64,000 nt of DNA from Candidatus Xenobia bacterium (GTDB lineage Bacteria > Acidobacteriota > Terriglobia > Acidiferrales > 2-02-FULL-67-57). A model generated the notes under the pieces. It searched no databases. It was not told where the DNA came from and was given only the letters and a program-made list of their open reading frames with translations. The DNA lies in NCBI GenBank assembly GCA_035573715.1, contig DATLZZ010000022.1, positions 3,829-67,828 of the forward strand. The letters are read 5' to 3'. Shown piece by piece: positions 63,053-64,000 of this stretch (its first letter is position 1; each line of letters starts with the position of its first letter). Made by a program: the position numbers and the translations under genes.

Positions 63053-64000
63053 CTAGACGGTGATTGGGGTGCCGTCGAAGCGGGTGAAGGTGAAGCCGGC
63101 GAAGTCCTCGTTGTAGGTGCCGCGCTGGTCGCGCAGCACGCTGAGGGCGACCGCCTCGCCGAGCTTGAACGACTCGATTCCCTCGGAGCGGTAGTGGATG
63201 CCCGCCATGTCGCGGCCAACGGCTATGTTGGAGGCGAGCTTGTTGAGCTCGCCGCCTACCGTCAGGCTGCCGGCATCGGCCCCGCGGTAGGCCACCAGCT
63301 CGCGACCGCCGGGGTTGGGAACGACCGGGTCGGGAACGACGAAGCTCTCGTCGAACAACGCTTTGAGAACGGTCACGCAGGCCCCGGCCACCGTGCCGTG
63401 CCCCGCGCCATAGGAGGGGTGCAGCGGCGAGCCTTCCGGATAGACCTGCGGCAACAGGCCGGTGCCATAGCGGCTGAAGGTGCGGGAGAGCGCCTGCGAA
63501 TTGAGAATATCCGAGTGCAGCGGATAACCAGCCTGGCCGGTGGCGCGCCGGTGCACCCGCCCGCCATATGCCTCCGGGCGCAGGCGGCGATGGACGCACC
63601 ACTTCTGGTACCACACCGCCTTCAGCGCCCGCGTCGCCACCTCGCACAGGATGGTCGCCATGTAGGGCCCCCCGAAAGTTCCGAAACCTTCCTGGGTGGC
63701 GGAGGCCACGTAGGGATTGCCCGGATTGGGCGGGCAGCCCAGCCCGCCGGCCGCCGGCGGGTGGAGCAAAATCAGCATGGCGTTGAAGTAGGCCTGGAAG
63801 AGGACGTCGTTGTGCACCCACTCGGCCAGGTCGCGGGCGCTGCGGATGTAGCGGCGCACAGGGTCGAACTCCTGCGGCCGCGTGGGTTGGCAGCCGCGCT
63901 GGATTTCCAGCCACTCGGAGAAGCTGGTCATGTAGTCCACGCCCGGCCGCAGCGTGCGCATCTTGCGCTCCACCGCTTCGGCCCCGAACGGCGTCGGCTT
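63053..64000 (-). CDS. Vanadium-dependent haloperoxidase / PAP2-superfamily protein, N-terminus beyond the window
   Basis: HPSYGAGHGTVAGA and GRDMAGIHYRSE match the PAP2/vanadate-binding motifs. Frame stays open to position 64000. Confidence 0.7.
   Translation of the reverse strand, partial: KPTPFGAEAVERKMRTLRPGVDYMTSFSEWLEIQRGCQPTRPQEFDPVRRYIRSARDLAEWVHNDVLFQAYFNAMLILLHPPAAGGLGCPPNPGNPYVASATQEGFGTFGGPYMATILCEVATRALKAVWYQKWCVHRRLRPEAYGGRVHRRATGQAGYPLHSDILNSQALSRTFSRYGTGLLPQVYPEGSPLHPSYGAGHGTVAGACVTVLKALFDESFVVPDPVVPNPGGRELVAYRGADAGSLTVGGELNKLASNIAVGRDMAGIHYRSEGIESFKLGEAVALSVLRDQRGTYNEDFAGFTFTRFDGTPITV

Noticed and set aside
1-64000. CRISPR arrays, rRNA genes, transposases, integrases, toxin-antitoxin pairs
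   Set aside because: None seen on either strand. The only repeats are the short intergenic elements reported above.

Overview
GC-rich, densely coding bacterial chromosome segment. The gene content and intergenic repeat style are reminiscent of Acidobacteriota, but I cannot verify that without a search. Most of the window is core metabolism, and I see no integrase, transposase, CRISPR array or recognisable defence operon.

Main content, in order:
- HTH gene plus the pilMNOPQ type IV pilus assembly operon
- pepP-accB-accC-thiE
- a transporter-rich block: an NSS symporter with a MetS-like micro-subunit, and three APC permeases
- a membrane HAMP-PP2C phosphatase
- nnr-tsaE
- an AAA+/VWA pair
- a large Asp-box (BNR) protein
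- a cytochrome c peroxidase / PilZ-like / pterin dehydratase operon
- a KimA-like transporter
- a Ser/Thr kinase
- BshB1-like and glutaredoxin-like genes
- 2-oxoacid dehydrogenase E1 alpha/beta
- an alpha-glucan phosphorylase with an MFS gene
- a partial vanadium-haloperoxidase/PAP2-like gene

Four tRNAs are not visible in the ORF track: Gly-CCC, Sec-UCA, Val-UAC and Asp-GUC.

Most noteworthy observations:
1. A textbook tRNA-Sec lies about 240 nt from a redoxin gene. That gene's TGA stop is followed by four sense codons, a TAG, and a GGUC-loop hairpin at SECIS-like spacing.
2. An 818-aa protein has a C-terminus that hand-aligns to a class III nucleotidyl cyclase domain. Both metal-binding Asp residues and the Asn/Arg pair are retained.
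3. Two unrelated small proteins share an identically spaced C-x9-C-x10-C-x2-H motif. One of them is flanked by direct copies of a mosaic intergenic repeat.
4. Two homologous palindromic elements of about 70 nt have arms that start exactly at stop codons.
5. A nearly identical 30-nt promoter-like motif sits upstream of two different genes.
6. A perfect 15-bp palindrome lies inside the NSS promoter.

All start codons, promoters and structures were called by eye. No database or folding computation was possible.
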